From the human T2T-CHM13v2.0 reference genome, Homo sapiens, in the NCBI RefSeq assembly GCF_009914755.1, contig NC_060927.1: a DNA stretch of 64,000 nucleotides. One strand, written 5' to 3'. A model generated the notes under the pieces. The model did no database searches. It worked only from the letters and a program-made list of their open reading frames with translations, and had not been told where the DNA came from. The first letter of the stretch is position 1; every line of letters begins with the position of its first letter. Positions 1 through 14,904 of the stretch are shown here, in pieces. Made by a program: the position numbers and the translations under genes.

Positions 1-284
1 TAAAGTACCCCAAGCAGTCTCCATCGCCTTCACAGGCCTGCAGGACCCTGGGCACACAGGATGAGACCTACTTGCCTATGGTAATGACAGGGCCTAGGAA
101 CGGAGTGCTGGAGTGGTGTCCAGGTATAAGCAGCGGTGTAGGGATGAAAGCCAAGTGATCTTGGGATTCTTTTCTCTCCACTGTTTTTGTTGTTTCATTT
201 CTCCCTTAGAGATCCAGAACTACACAAGGAAGCATTTACTTCACTTTGTTTTGTTTTGCATATATATACATGATGTTGGTAAAC

Positions 285-1375
285 AGCATGGGCTCTGGAA
301 TCAGGCAGACCAACATTCAAATCCGGATTCTGCTTCTTACTACCTGTGTGGCATCCACCAAATGGCTTCACCTCTCTGAGCCTCACTTTCCTCATCTGTC
401 CGGTCTGACTTAGAACATCCCTATCTCCTGGGCTCTTGTGAGGGAATGTTGATAAATCTAAACACATAGCACAGCCTGCAGGAACCTCAACAAATGGCAG
501 TTGAGCTCTGGCCTCTATGGGACCCCAGGTCTTTGGCCACTCAGGTTGATGCCTCTTGTTTTCAGCCCAAGATCATCCTCTCAGCACAGAAGCATCAGTT
601 CATATGTGGCGTCTCTTCTGCCCTCCTCAATTGCCAGAGAATACTATCTCCCTGACCAAGGATGGATTCTTCCTGTCACTTCTGAAGAACCACATAGTGA
701 AGAAGTGAGGAGGAGTTGGCCCTTGGAGCCAGGCTGGTTTGAGTTTCATCTAAGTCATTTCTTAGCTGTGTCACCCTGGACAAGTTTCTTAACCTCTCAG
801 AGCTTCCAATGTCTCATTTGCACAATAGGTACAATTGTACTCACTTTGTGAGATCATGGTGAGGGATCAATGGGCATCACATGGGAAAGGTCCTTACATA
901 CTGACTGGTACACAGGAGGTGCTCAATAGATGCCTGTTCTCATCTCCTTCTGCTATTTCCACTTATTCTAAGCCAAGACTTTCACAAGAGACTCCTAAGA
1001 AGTTGTATCCTAGCCCAGGCCTTTCTACAATCTTGGTATAGCTATTTAAAAAGACAAAAATCAGTAATAACTTTGTTCTTTATAATGACAACAATAATAA
1101 AATGGCTATAGTATTGCGTATAAAATCAGTTCCAGTTCATGCCCACATGATGCTTACAGTCCAGTGGGGAGAGTGGACATTCATCCACAAACCACAATCT
1201 CTGGGAATGAGAGGTACGTGTGACAGTGCACTTACTTCTCAGAAGGACCCTATAAGTTGGAGACTATAATTATACTCACATTTCAAATAAAGAAACTGAG
1301 AGTTGGAGAAGTTACGCTTTTTTTCTCTGGGCCACCCAATTGGTAAGAGGCAGAACTAGGATTTGAGCCCATGTT
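285..1375. mobile_element. Cluster of MIR SINE fragments (representative; many more MIR/L2 pieces occur across the window)
   Basis: MIR core motifs such as CTCTCTGAGCCTCA…CTCATCTGT, GGACAAGTTTCTTAACCTCTC and GAAACTGAG. Confidence 0.75.
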
Positions 1376-2079
1376 CTTCTTCTCATCTTCTAGCTGTGAA
1401 ACAAATGTGGGGGCAATAGATAGACCTCTCTGTTAGGCAGAGGCTAGCCATTCAAAATTTTCAAGTAGGAGTCAGCTTCAGTTATTAAAATTGTTATCTG
1501 AAGTATATCTGAGAAGGAGAGAGGGAGGACAGACCCCCAAAAAAGCCAGTGCTGTGATGTCTTGATTTATTCACAGTCACAGAGAAATCACTATCAACAG
1601 ATCACTCTTTGCGGCTATATAGCAAACCCAAGAAAAGACTTTGATTGGTTCTCGTGGGTCACTTGCTTATTCTTGCACCAATCATTGTGGCCAGAGAGCA
1701 GCTATAGCAATGAAAAGGAGGGCAGAGCAGACACCCCAAGTGACAGCTCCATCAAAACCAACCATTCCTCCTTGAGATGCCACAGTACTGGATGCTGTTC
1801 AGGGCATGGGCATGAATGTGACCTCCTCAGGAGGCTGCCCCCAACCACTTTACCAAAAGTAGACCCCACCCCTGACCCTGTTTGCCTGTTTAATGTTCTC
1901 GATAAAACTCACTACTCTGCTATTGTCTTCTTTATTTCTCTTTCCTTGCTAGGATATAAATAAACTCCTTGAAAAGAGAGGCCTTGTCTGATTTCTTGAT
2001 TACTCTGTTCCTGGTGTCTAGAACAGGACTTTGCTTATAAAGTTGCTTGATAAATATTTTTGAATAAAGAAATGAGTAG

Positions 2080-4680
2080 GTGCCAAGAAGACACCACAGG
2101 GAAAGGATAATCTTTTCAACAAATGGTGCTGGGAAAATTGAACATCCATGTGTAGAAGAATGAAATTGGATCCTTATACCATATACAAAAATTAAAATGA
2201 ATTAAAGACTTAAACATAAGACTTGAAACACTAAATTCTGAAAAGAGAACATAGAGAAAAACCATGTTGACATTGGTCTTGGCAATGATTTCTTGGATAG
2301 CCACCAAAATCACAGAAAACAAAAGTAAAAATAACAAGTAGGACTATATCAAACTAAAAATCTTCTGCACAGAAAGGGAAACTATCAACTAAATAAAAAG
2401 GCAACGTATGGAACGGGAGAGAATACTTATAAGCCATATATCTGATACAGGATTACTATCCAAAATATATAGGGAACTCCTACGATGTAGCTGTAAAAAC
2501 CTCTTAAATAATCTGATTTTACAACGGGCAATGAAACTGAATAGCCATTTCTCCAAAGAAGACATACAAATTGCCTATAGATATATGAAAAAGTGCTCAA
2601 TATCACTAATCACCAAGGAAATGCAAATCAAAATCATGATGAGATATCACCTCACATCTATTAAGATGGCTATTATTTTAAAAATAGAAGATAACGAGTG
2701 TTGTCAAAGATGTGGAGAAAAGGGAAACTTTATACACTGTTGGTGAGAATGTAAATTGGTGTAGCCTCTCTGGAAAAGAGTGTGGGGATTCCTCAAAAAA
2801 TTAAAAATAGTACTACTATATGATCCAGCAATCCCACTTTTGGGTATATACCCAAAGAAACTGAAATCAGGACCTAGAGAGATATCTGGATTACATGTTG
2901 ATTGCAGCATTATTCATGATAGCCAAGAAATGGAAGCAACCTCAATGTCCATTGACAGATGAATGGATAAAGAAATGTGGCATATACATACAACAGAATG
3001 TTTTTCAACATTTTTTAGAGAAGAAAATTTTGTCATTCAAGAAAACATTGATGAACCTGAAGGACATTATGCTAAGTGGAATAAGCCAGACACTAAACAC
3101 AAATATTACACAATACCACTTATAGGAGAAATCTAAAATAGTCTCATAGAAACCCAGAGTAGAATGGTGGTTCCCTGAGGCTGGGGGGAAGGGGAAACAA
3201 GGAGATATCAGTCAAAGGGTACAATGTTTTAATTATACAACATGAATAAATTCTAGAGTTTTGTAGAGCATAGCACCTATAGTTAACAATATTGTAATCT
3301 ATGCTTGAAATTTGCTAAGAGAGTAGATCTTATGCTAAATGTTCTTATAATCATCATCACAATAACAACAACAATCATAAAGAGGGCCCCAGGTAGAAGA
3401 AAATCTAGGAAATACCATTTGGGACATAGGCCCTGGAAAAGATGTTGTGATGAAGTCTCCAAAAGCAATTGCAACAAAAACAAATTGACAAGTAGGACCT
3501 ACTTAAAAAGCTTCTGCACAGCAAAAAAAAAAAACTGTCAACACAGTGAACAGACAACCTACAGAATGTAAGAAAACATTTGCAAACTATGCACCTGACA
3601 AAGGTCTAATATCCATAATGTATAAAGAACTTAAGCAAATTAACAAGCAAAACACAAAGAACCCCCTTAAAAATAGGCAAAGGACATGAACAGACACTTC
3701 TCAAAAGGAGACATATACATGGCTAAAAAGCATATGAAAAAATGCTCAACATCACTAATCATTGGAGAAATGCAAATGAAAACCAATATGAGATACCATC
3801 TCACACCAGTCAGAATGGCGATTATTAAAAAGTCAAAAAACAACAGATGCTGGTGAGGTTGTGGAGAAAAGGGAACACTTATACACTGCAGATGGGAATA
3901 TAAATTAGTTCAGTCACTGTGGAAAGCAGTGTGAAGATTTTGCAAGTAACTTAAAGCAGAACTACTATTCAACCCAGCTATCCCATTACTGGGTATACAG
4001 CCAAAGTAACATAAATTGTTCTACCAAAAAGACACACGCACTCATTTATCCACCACAGCACTATTCATACTAGCAAAGACATAGAATCAACCTAGACACC
4101 CACAACAGTGGACTGGATGAGGAAAATGCAGTACAAATACACCATGGAATACTGCACAGCTATAAAAAAAGAACAAAATAATGTCCTTTGCAGCATGAAG
4201 GATGCAGCTAGAGGTCATTATCCTAAGTGGATTAATGCAGGAACAGAAAACCACATACTACATGTTCTCACTTATAAGGAGGAGCTAAACAGGGAGCACA
4301 CATGGACACAAAGAAAGGAACAATAGACACTGGGGCCCATCTGAGGGTGGAGGGTGGGAGGAGGGACAGGATAAAAAAGCTACCTAACAAGTGCTATGCT
4401 CATTACCTGGGTGATGAAATTATTTGTACACCAAACCCCAGAGACATGCAATTTACCCATGTAACAAAACTGCACATGTACCCCTGAACCTAAAATAAAA
4501 GTTGGAAGAAAAAGAAGGGCAGGAGGAAACTTTAGGAAGTGGTGGTTGGGCTTATGGCATAGATTGTGGTGATGGTTTCACAAGTATATACTTCTCTCCA
4601 AACTCATCAAGGTGTATACATTAAATATGCACAGTTTTTGTATGTCAGTCATACCTCAATAAAATAGTTTTAAAAAAATG
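2080..4680 (+). mobile_element. Old L1M (L1MA-like) 3' portion, split by a younger L1 at 3388-4510
   Basis: Degenerate ORF2 C-terminal peptides (ORFs 2408..2746, 2780..2962, 2895..3125, e.g. '[13 protein letters not shown]') followed by L1M 3' UTR. The UTR resumes at ~4521 and ends in AATAAA plus an A-rich tail near 4660-4680. Confidence 0.85.
3388..4510 (+). mobile_element. 5'-truncated L1PA (L1PA15/16-like) nested in the older L1
   Basis: Second copy of the ORF2 end and a primate-type 3' end (…CTGCACATGTACCCCTGAACCTAAAATAAAAGTT). Flanked by AAAGAGGGC (3379-3387) and AAAGAAGGGC (4511-4520). Confidence 0.8.
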
Positions 4681-5034
4681 AGTGGGGTAAAATTTTCCAA
4701 AGGATCTGGAGGAAGATAAAAGGTGAAGAAACAAAGCTTCTGAGTAGACATATATTACTGCTCACAGCAGCTTACTATGGAGTTCTTGGCAATTCATTTT
4801 TTTTAGGAAAATCGATAAAACAATTATTTTTTTCAATCACAGAAAAAAGAACATCGGTGGGAGGTCTGGGATCTTTGGCTTCTCATCTATCTCCTGGACT
4901 AGACAGGGACCTTCTTGATGGCAGAAATGGGGAAATTATTCTTCTCTGTATGTTTAGCACTTATCAGAACCTGGCACGTAGTAAGCGCTGAAATCAGCAT
5001 TCTGGATGAATAAGCCCAGCTGTAATAACTTAGT

Positions 5035-5195
5035 CTGGGTTTCTGAAATGTTACTGTGTATTTGAATCACCTGAACATCTTGTTAAAATGCAGACTCTGA
5101 CTCAGTAGGTCTGAGGTGGGACTAGAGATCCTGCATTTCTGACAAGCTCCCAGGTGATGCCAATGCTGCTGGTAGGGACCACCCTTTGGGCAGCA
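5035..5195. mobile_element. MER5A-like hAT-Charlie MITE
   Basis: GAATCACCTG…TTAAAATGCAGA…TCAGTAGGTCTG…TGCATTTCTGACAAGCTCCCAGGTGATGC matches the MER5 core. Confidence 0.75.
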
Positions 5196-5401
5196 CATCT
5201 CAGTCTTCTGACAAGTAATCTGTGGGAGTCCCATTATGCAAAGAGGTGAAATAGAGGTCCAAGAAGGGGCTCTGGGAAAAAAAAGTGATAGGAGGGTCAG
5301 GAGACCTGGATTCTAGTTCCAGATCTCCTGCCTAGGAGCTGGGGACTGGGGCAAATTTCCACACTCCTCTGAACAACAATCCCAGCAGCCAGGTCAGGAT
5401 T

Positions 5402-5450
5402 CCCTGCCCTGACCTGCCTCGCCCTGCCCTGCCCTGCCCTGCCCTGCCCT
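5402..5450. repeat. (CCCTG)n pentamer repeat
   Basis: About 9-10 imperfect CCCTG units seen directly. Confidence 0.9.
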
Positions 5451-6124
5451 CTTCACCAGTGTCTGAGCTGCTGTAGTGAAGGCTGGGGCTGAAAGGGCGG
5501 CATTTAAAGCTGAACCAGACTCATCACTGCCCTGGATAAGCTCTGAGATCACATACATTAATATGTTTTGCAAGGATGTGAGGAAAAATTAAGATTAACT
5601 AACGTACCCTGCAGAAAAGAATGCCTGAACTCTCCCAGCTGCCACCCAGCATGCTGATCTCAGATTTTATATTTAGCCCTACTTCATAAATTATCTGCCA
5701 TCCATATTCTGGTAGTCGTCATTTTTTCTAAGCCGGCTCTTTCTAACCAGAGGGACCCCTCTTTACTAAGGACCTTCTGATCTCTGACTCCCACCCCACC
5801 CTCTTCCTGAAGAAAACAAAATCAAAGCCCCTTTTATACCTTTGTCAATGCCTCACAAACAATAATAAAATCATAGCTCAACATTTATTAAGTACTAACT
5901 CTATGCCAGTTCTACTGATAAGATCCTTACCTAGATTATATTAGGGTTTCCCAAAATATGGTAAACATCAATTATAGCATGTGATACAGACACGTGTTGT
6001 TTTGATCATTATATTATTTATAAGTTACCTTGTATTTATGGTAACTAGTACTGTCTTTCCACTTAGGGTAGCACTGTAAAGTCTAGTTTAAAATAAATAT
6101 AAATAAAATGAGTCAACATAAGAG

Positions 6125-6905
6125 AAAAGCAAATCAAAACCATAATGAGATACCATTTCATGCCAACTAGAATGGCTGCAAGAAAACATATAAACAAACA
6201 AAGAAAAACTCAGATACTAACAAATGATGGCAAGGATGTGGAGAGGTTGGAATTCTCATCCACAGCTGGTGGGAATATAAAATGGTTCAGCTACTTTGGA
6301 AAACAGACTGGCAGTTTCTCAAAAGGTTAAATAGAAAATTACTATGCAATCCAGCAATCCCACTTCTAACTATATACCCACAAAGAAAACATATGCCCAT
6401 GTAAAAATTTATACAGGGATCCTCCTAGAATTATTCATAATAGCCCCAAACTGAAAACAACCCAAATGTCCACTAACTGATGAATGGATTAATAAAACAC
6501 TATGGAACATTATTCAGCATTGAAAGGAATGCAGTACTCATCAATGCTGCAACGTGAATGAATCTTGAAAATATTTTGCTAAGTAAAAGAAGCCAGCCAC
6601 AAAAGGTCACATATTTTATAATTCTCTTCATATGAAGTGTCCTGAATAGGCAAATCCGTGGAGACAGAAAGTAGATTAGTGGTTGTCTAGGGCTGACAGG
6701 AGGAGTTTTAGGTGGGGAGAATAAGGAGTGACTGCTAAAGGGTGCAGGGTTTCTTTTGGGGGGGATTAACAAAAATTGGGGTGTTTGAAAATTTCCTCTG
6801 ATGGTTTACGCAACTCTGTGAATATACTAACACCACTGAGTTGCATACTTTCAATGGGTAAATTGTATGACATGTGAAGTATGTATCAATAAAACCATTA
6901 TAAAA
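6125..6905 (+). mobile_element. Old L1M 3' end
   Basis: ORF2-end remnant (MRYHFMPTRMA, ORF 6145..6330) plus L1M 3' UTR ending …TATCAATAAAAC. Confidence 0.8.
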
Positions 6906-7092
6906 TATGTAAAGAATGTATTAGATAATACTAGTCAGAAAGCTGATCACAGTCTCAAAAGACACAATCTCCAGTGCCATAATCCCAAATGTTGAAATCC
7001 AGAAAGATCACAATCCGAAAATATAATTCTGGAAAAAGAATTTTACTAAGTACTTTAAAGGTATTTATTTACATTTTTAAAAGGAGGTTTGG

Positions 7093-7523
<431 letters not shown>

Positions 7524-8433
7524 TTATTCATAAAAAATAGGTCAAAAAACAAAATGTATAAATGCATATCACTACGGTTGGTAATTGTGTGCACTCAGCT
7601 CTCTAATTGCAGTTATCTGAAATACAGTGATGGACAACTTAAGTCTTTTGACAAGAGTGGTCAAAAACATGGATGGGTCTGCACTGCATTATCATAGCAC
7701 CAATCGCCCAATAGTCAAGATCTTGACAAATTTTAACTTTCACGAATGTAGATGTACAAAAAGGACATCCTTTCATTTTCTAAGGGAGATTTAATGTTTT
7801 TATGTACCTGCACAATGCTTACACACGAAATCAATGTTGTGACAATGCACTTTCATGGAGTCACATTTGCAAAAAATGCATGGAGAGAATTAAGACTCTG
7901 TAAAAGCCTTTTACATAATTTACACCTTCAGGATTGGAGATGATGGGAAGAAATACATAGCATAGTGATTGTAAAAAAACAATGCTGACAATTTAAAACA
8001 GTAAAAAAAAGCTAAACAAAAAAACAAAAAAGAAAAAGAAAATTTGACATATGAAAATGTATATTACAGGGGTGGGTAGATTATGAGCAATTGCGCAGAG
8101 TTAGTCCGTAAGAGCTGGCCAGCTTTCATGATCATTAACTCTATTTTGAAGTCATGTATCACAATGAATAGCTGCTTTTTTTTTTTCTTTTAGGACATCG
8201 CTTTCCTTGGAGAACATATTCATATTCAACTTCTACCTGGCACTTCTCTTTTTAAAATTCTTCTATGATTCGATATACATGGACGTGAGCATTCTCTATT
8301 AAGTTTTCCCTTCTTCTGTGCCATGATTCTAATGCTGTTTTGGGTACCCGGAAATCCATTTCATGAGTACTTATACAGACCACAAATTTGGTGGAAAGAA
8401 TATTGGTGATCAAACAGCAGCACCACTGCATAA

Positions 8434-8795
<362 letters not shown>

Positions 8796-9348
8796 TACAT
8801 AATTATTTTTGAACCAGTCAGTAACTGCTTAATTTCTTCAGACAAATGTAGCTTTAATTCATTAAAAGCTCCTGGAATGTCATCAGCTGGAAAGGAATGC
8901 CAATGCAGGAAAATAACATATTTTTAACCCAAAGTTTCCCTCGTATGGCACGGCCGGCCAAGCTACTCATCTGAATTTTCTGCCAAATGCATTGGGCTGA
9001 ATGAAAAAAACAAACTTTATTGGTAACACCTTGAAATGCACTTCTAGAAACCTTAATCACACCTAATTCCAAATCTGTTACTATGTTTGGAGATTTAAAT
9101 TCGTTTTCTTCTCCATAAAGGAAATAACAAGGTAATAATTCTTCTTGACGTGATGCAACTATTCTGTGATTGAGATTTTCAGAATTCTAGATGACAGAGA
9201 TTTTAGACTTTAGGGATTTAGACTTTAGGAAGTTTGATATTTAGGGATTTCAACATACGGGATTATAGCTTTTGAGACTGTGTTTTCAGGATTATGATCC
9301 AAATCCCTACAGATGGCACATGAATATTTAAAAAAAAAAAATTGGAGA

Positions 9349-9715
<367 letters not shown>

Positions 9716-10104
9716 CTACTTTCTTTTCCTGTTATATAGGAAACTGGCTCCCAAGAGTTAGATTACTCATCCAAGGATATAGACTTCAAGTGAGTTTTGA
9801 ACCCAGACAGCTGACTCCAGAACCAGTGCTCCTACCTGACATGCTACACTGCTTCCAGGGTCCCCAACCCCCAAGTTCAGCCCTAGTCAAACTTTGTATA
9901 ATGATGCCCCTTGCCAATCTCTCTGACTTGGATCTGACCTATACCAGTGAGCATCACCTACTGCTTGACATAGGCTGTAAGATGACATAGAAAATACTAG
10001 TGGTAGTACCAGGCAGTGGGAAAGAACAAACTCATTGTACAGAGGGGAAACTGAGGACTAGGTCATATAGATAGTCAGAGACACCACCAGGACTCCTTGG
10101 GAGA

Positions 10105-12120
10105 GCTCTATGGCCAAGATGGCCAGTTGTTCACCAAATATCATCCCTTCCAAAGGAAGGGCTATCACTGGGAAATGCCTGCTCAGCCAGGGACTTCATT
10201 TTCCAGATGCCCTTACAACTACATGTGACCTCAGTGGTAGCCAGTCTTCAAGATGGTCCTCAATGACCCCTGCCCCCTGTGTAGCCTCCTCCCACAGTGA
10301 ATATGACTGGCTTGTGTAACTAATAGATATTACTACAGAAATGATGGTATATAATTTCTGAGGGTAAATTATAAAAGATATTGCAGCTTCTACCTTGCTC
10401 TCCTGGATCACTTACTTTGGGGAAAACCAGCTGCCACGTTCTGAGGATACTCATGCAGCCCTATGGAGTAGTCTATATGACAAAGAATTGAGGCCTTTTG
10501 CCAACAGTCATGGGAGTGAGCCACCTGGGAAGCACGTCATCTGGCTCCAGTCAAGCCTTCTGAGCACTGCAACCTCATGAGAAGCCTTGAGCCAAAACTA
10601 CTCAGCTAAGCTTCTCCTTAACTCTTGACCCACAGAAACCATAAGGTAATAATATTTATGGCTTTAACCACTAAGTTTTGGGATAATTTGTCATGTTGCA
10701 AGAGATAACTAGCATACCCTATGACTAATTCTTGCCAATGGAATGTGACCTGACAGGTTATGTGCCGCTGCCAAGCACATATGGTTAAGATACAGTTTCT
10801 TCCCCCTCCCAGAGAGATTTTTTTTTGAACAGATATCTATACACCCAGGTTCATAGCAGCATTATTCATAGTAACCAAGAGGTGGAAGCAACCCAAGTGT
10901 CCATCAATGGATGAATGGAAAAACAAAGTGTGGTCTACACATACAGTGGAATATTATTCAGCCTTAAGAAGGAGGGAAGTTCTGACACACACTATGTACA
11001 GCATGGAAGAACACTGAAGACATTATGCCAAGTGAAATAACCCAGTCGCAAAAGGACAAATACTATATGATTCCACTTATGTGAAGTACTTAGAATAGCC
11101 AAATTCATAGACATAAATTAGGATGGTGGTTGCCAGGGGCTCAGGGAGAGGGAATACAGAGTTAGGGTTTGATTGGTATGAAGTTTCAGCTTGGGATGAT
11201 GAAAACATTCTGATGATGAATAGTAGTGATGGTTGCATGACAATGTGAATGTACTTAATGCTACTGAACTGTACACTCGAACATAGTTAAAATGCCAGAT
11301 TCTATGTTATGTATATTTTACCACAATAAAAAAGGCATTGTGTGCCCAAAAGGAGTTATTTCTTCTGCCGTCCCCTACACACTCAACTAAATTTCTGCGA
11401 GAGCTGGGGCTTGTGGGTTGAGTAACATCTTTTTCTAGCCACTATTTGCTGGGCAGTGTCCTGCTGCGAACAAAAAGGGCAGGATCCCTGTATTTGGGAT
11501 CTAGGTTCAGCAGCATGTGACAGGTATCCAAAGCAATAGTGGCTTAAGCCAGACAGAAATTCATTTCTCCTGCAGACAGTCTGGTAGTGGCTTAAGCCAG
11601 ACAGAAATTCATTTCTCCTGCATACAGTCTGGAGGTGACAGTGTCAGGCTGGCTGCTGACTCCGTTCCATGAGGTTATTCAAGGAACCAGGCTCCTCTCT
11701 TGTATTCTGCCATCCCTAGGATGTTTCTCTCACCTATGTGGCTCAAGATAGTTTACTACCAAATCCACTTTAAGCAGCGAAGAGAAGAAAGAAGGGAAGA
11801 AGAGGCATGTTTTCTGCCTTCAAGAAACCATCATTTTGGGTCTCTGTACTAGAAGTGGAATGCAACTACCACTTGCCGTACTGTCTGTCCCTCACATCCT
11901 CCAATGGGAAGTCCCCCACAGAGATCTTGGGAGCCCCATGTTGAATATGATAGAGCCCCAGCATGGGTAGAATCTGGATCCCTGCATCACTGCATGGAAG
12001 GCTGTCTGCCAAGCATCTGCATAGGACTTTGCATAAGTAAGAATAAACCTCAAAGGTGTTAAAGTACTGAGATTTCAGAGTTTATCTGGTATAGCCACCA
12101 GCATTATCTTAACTAATACA
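10105..12120 (+). mobile_element. Old ERVL-type LTR (LTR16/33-like) containing nested MLT1F-like (~10230-10715), L1MB 3' end (~10820-11335) and another MLT1 (~11480-11820)
   Basis: LTR text …CATGTGACC resumes as ATGACTAATTCTTGCCAATGGAATGTGA after the MLT1 and ends …AATAAACCTC…ACTAATACA at 12120. The L1 3' UTR ends in AATAAAAAA at ~11330. Family names are tentative. Confidence 0.6.
11537..11632. repeat. 48-bp direct tandem duplication (47/48 identical)
   Basis: TAGTGGCTTAAGCCAGACAGAAATTCATTTCTCCTGCA(G/T)ACAGTCTGG at 11537-11584 and 11585-11632. Confidence 0.95.
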
Positions 12121-13009
12121 GTCTTATGATTGAAGCTTGGGAAGCCAGATGACACTATAAGACTGAGGCCAGGTTGGGCAATGAAAAGATGGTTCTAGAG
12201 TCAGGAGACCCACGTGCAAGTCTCTTTGACTCCACTTACAAACTATGTGGGTTATTCAAACTCTTCCAGTCTTGGTTTGCTCAAATGTAAATTGGAGATA
12301 ATGAGAATACAAACCACACTATTTGTCGTGTGGACTGAATGAGGGAAACTGCAAAAGAGACAGCTGAGAAAGATCTGCTTGGGGCAGTGACAGACACCTG
12401 TACCCTTGCCATTCTCCAAAGAGGAGAACAGATGGGCAGTTAGACTTGGGCACAGCACATCATAACTCACAGCTTGATGTGAAGCAAATGGCCCACGGGG
12501 GGTGCCTAATCTCTAAGTCACAGCTGAATACCCAGACTCAGGCAGGAAGCCATCTGACTTGGATTTGGCGATATCTCCAATTTGAGACCTAAAATAGCCC
12601 AGCCAAGAACTTACTTGGTTGGCTTCTGGGTACTTAAATTGGGTTTGCAGCATGGGCCGATTTTTTTTTCCCAGGTAGCCCAGGAATGAGAGTCAAGTCC
12701 TCCTCTCTTTATATCTCAACTGGACAGTGCTGGCTTAGAAAAGTAGGCATGCTCACTGCTCGGGCTGCCACTCCAGGGAGTATGACAACCACATAGGTGT
12801 CAGGGTCAAAGCCACGGATGCTTCAGAGACTGCACAGGGAATGTAAGAGTGGGAAGATGCCAGGGCTCACATAGCAGCAAGTGGTGGGTTTTGTGAGTCA
12901 TGTGGCACATCAGGCAGGTCCACAGGCTCATTTCATCCCATAGCTGAACAAAAGGCTCAAATCTGAATTTATTGCCTTCTAGTGCCCCAACTTTTCCAGA
13001 TTGATCCCC

Positions 13010-13660
13010 ATTAATTGAAATATAACATGAGTCACATAAGTAGTATTCTTAGCTTGCTAGGGTGACTATAACAAAAATGCTACAGACTAGATGACTTAAA
13101 CAACAGAAGTTTATTTTCCCACAGTTCTGGAGGCTGGATGTCCTAGATCAAGGTGTCAGCAGGGTTGGCTTCTTCAGATGCCTCTCTCTGTGGCTTATGG
13201 GTGGCCACCTTCCCCTGTGTCCCCACATGGCCTTTCCCTTGGGCACACACATCACTGTCTCTTCCTCTTCTCATAAGGACACTAGTCCTATTGGATGGAG
13301 TCCTCCATTAACCCTAATCACCTCTTTAAAGGTCCTATCTCCAAACACAGTCACACTCTCAGGTACTAGGAGTTAGGGCTTCAACATATGAATTTTAGGG
13401 AAATGCAATTCAGTCCCTAGTAGTAATTTAAAGTATTCTAGGAGCCACACTTTTAAAAATATGAAGAAAACAATGAGATTAATTTACTTATTTAACCCAA
13501 TATATCCAAAATATCATTTCAATATGTAATCATTATTAAAATATTAATGAGACATTTTACATTCTTTTAAAAAATACCAAGTCTTCAAAATCTAGACTGT
13601 GTTTTATACAGCTCCATTAGGACCAGCCACATTTAAAGCACCTAGTAACCACATGTTCTA
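13010..13660. mobile_element. MER33-like hAT MITE interrupted by an MLT1A-like MaLR LTR (~13043-13420)
   Basis: MER33 core TTTAACCCAATATATCCAAAAT…ATTAATGAGACATTTTACATTC. MaLR motifs CTTAAACAACAGAA…CACAGTTCTGGAGGCTGG and AGGGCTTCAACATATGAATTT. Confidence 0.7.
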
Positions 13661-13906
13661 GGTACTTGATGCCCTCAAGCCCACCAGGCACTTTCCCATA
13701 TCTGGTGCCTACACTGTTCCCTCTGCCTGGAATAGCCTTCTCTCCTTTCCCCACTCATAATTCAAGGGTTTAGTATTACATGTTACCTTGCCCCCAAAGT
13801 CTTATGCAATCCCCCAGAAGGAGGGTTTCCCTTTTTCCCTGTGTCCTCACAGAACCCCGTACCCATCTCTGTTTGAGTGCCTGCCATACCAGCTTATTAT
13901 CTTTTT

Positions 13907-13967
13907 TTTTAAATTATTATACTTTAAGTTCTAGAGTACATGTGCACATTGTACAGGTTAGTTACAT
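13907..13967 (-). mobile_element. Ultra-truncated young L1PA (L1PA2/3-like) 3' tip with TSD
   Basis: TTATACTTTAAGTTCTAGAGTACATGTGCACATTGTACAGGTTAGTTACA is the reverse complement of the L1PA terminus. TSD TTATTATCTTTTT at 13894-13906 and 13968-13980. Confidence 0.85.
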
Positions 13968-14149
13968 TTATTATCTTTTTAATGTCACTGAAAGGCCAAA
14001 ACCATTTCTGAGCCACCAGCACATAGCACATTGCTTGGCACATGGTAGACACACAATAGTCATTGCTGGTTTTAGGGGCAACTGGGGGCTTGCTCTGAGA
14101 TGAAGGTATTAGATTACCAGGAAAATTTCTTTTAAAGTTCCCCCATTAT

Positions 14150-14156
14150 TGTGTGT

Positions 14157-14209
<53 letters not shown>
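14150..14209. repeat. (TG)n microsatellite, about 30 units with one interruption
   Basis: Seen directly; it produces the spurious 'MCVCVCV' ORF. Confidence 0.98.
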
Positions 14210-14210
<1 letters not shown>

Positions 14211-14904
14211 TGGGTCACAATAAAGAAAGTGGTAGAAAATATTGCTTAGGGTATTATTGTTTCCAGAGAGACTCTGAACCAAGCAGTTATGATTTGGGGC
14301 TGTATGTAGCTTTAACAGTTGTTCGGTTCTTAGTTTACGATCCTCTCTAAGAAATGTTTGGGCCTTGATATACAGCTACAAGGCACTGTACATCTGAAGC
14401 TGATGGGCTTATAATCATCAAGAAATACATGATTAATTTCACAAGGGTGGCAGGGCAGTTTACCAGCTGAATGACCTAAGGGCAGTTTTGACCTATAATA
14501 TGGGGCTCAGGGTCCCCCTGTTGCACAACTCCAGGGGGCACTGCAGAGTGACCATGTGAATGGTGTCCCTGGAGCTGAGCATGCACAGCCTGTGTGGCTG
14601 GATGCAATGGTCCTGAAAGCCTACCTGTAGGTGAACATCTATGACAGACCACTGACTTTAGACATCTGAGCCAGGATATCAAGGAGATTAAACAGAGGGA
14701 AGCTCAGAACAGAGGGAACTGTGTGCATTCACACACACAGATGCTGCCCACATCCAGAAGAACTGTAGCACAAAGGCCAAGTATAAACTCAGTGTTTTGG
14801 AACTTGGAAAGCATTCTCTCACAGAAACAGGGCCCACATAGGGGCTTTTCTTCCCAGGTTAGCATCCAGGACACAAAGATTATTTTTAAAAACAAAATAA
14901 AAAT

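Noticed and set aside
2408-3125. ORFs with L1 ORF2-like peptides
   Set aside because: Fragmented by stops and frameshifts; dead retrotransposon remnants.
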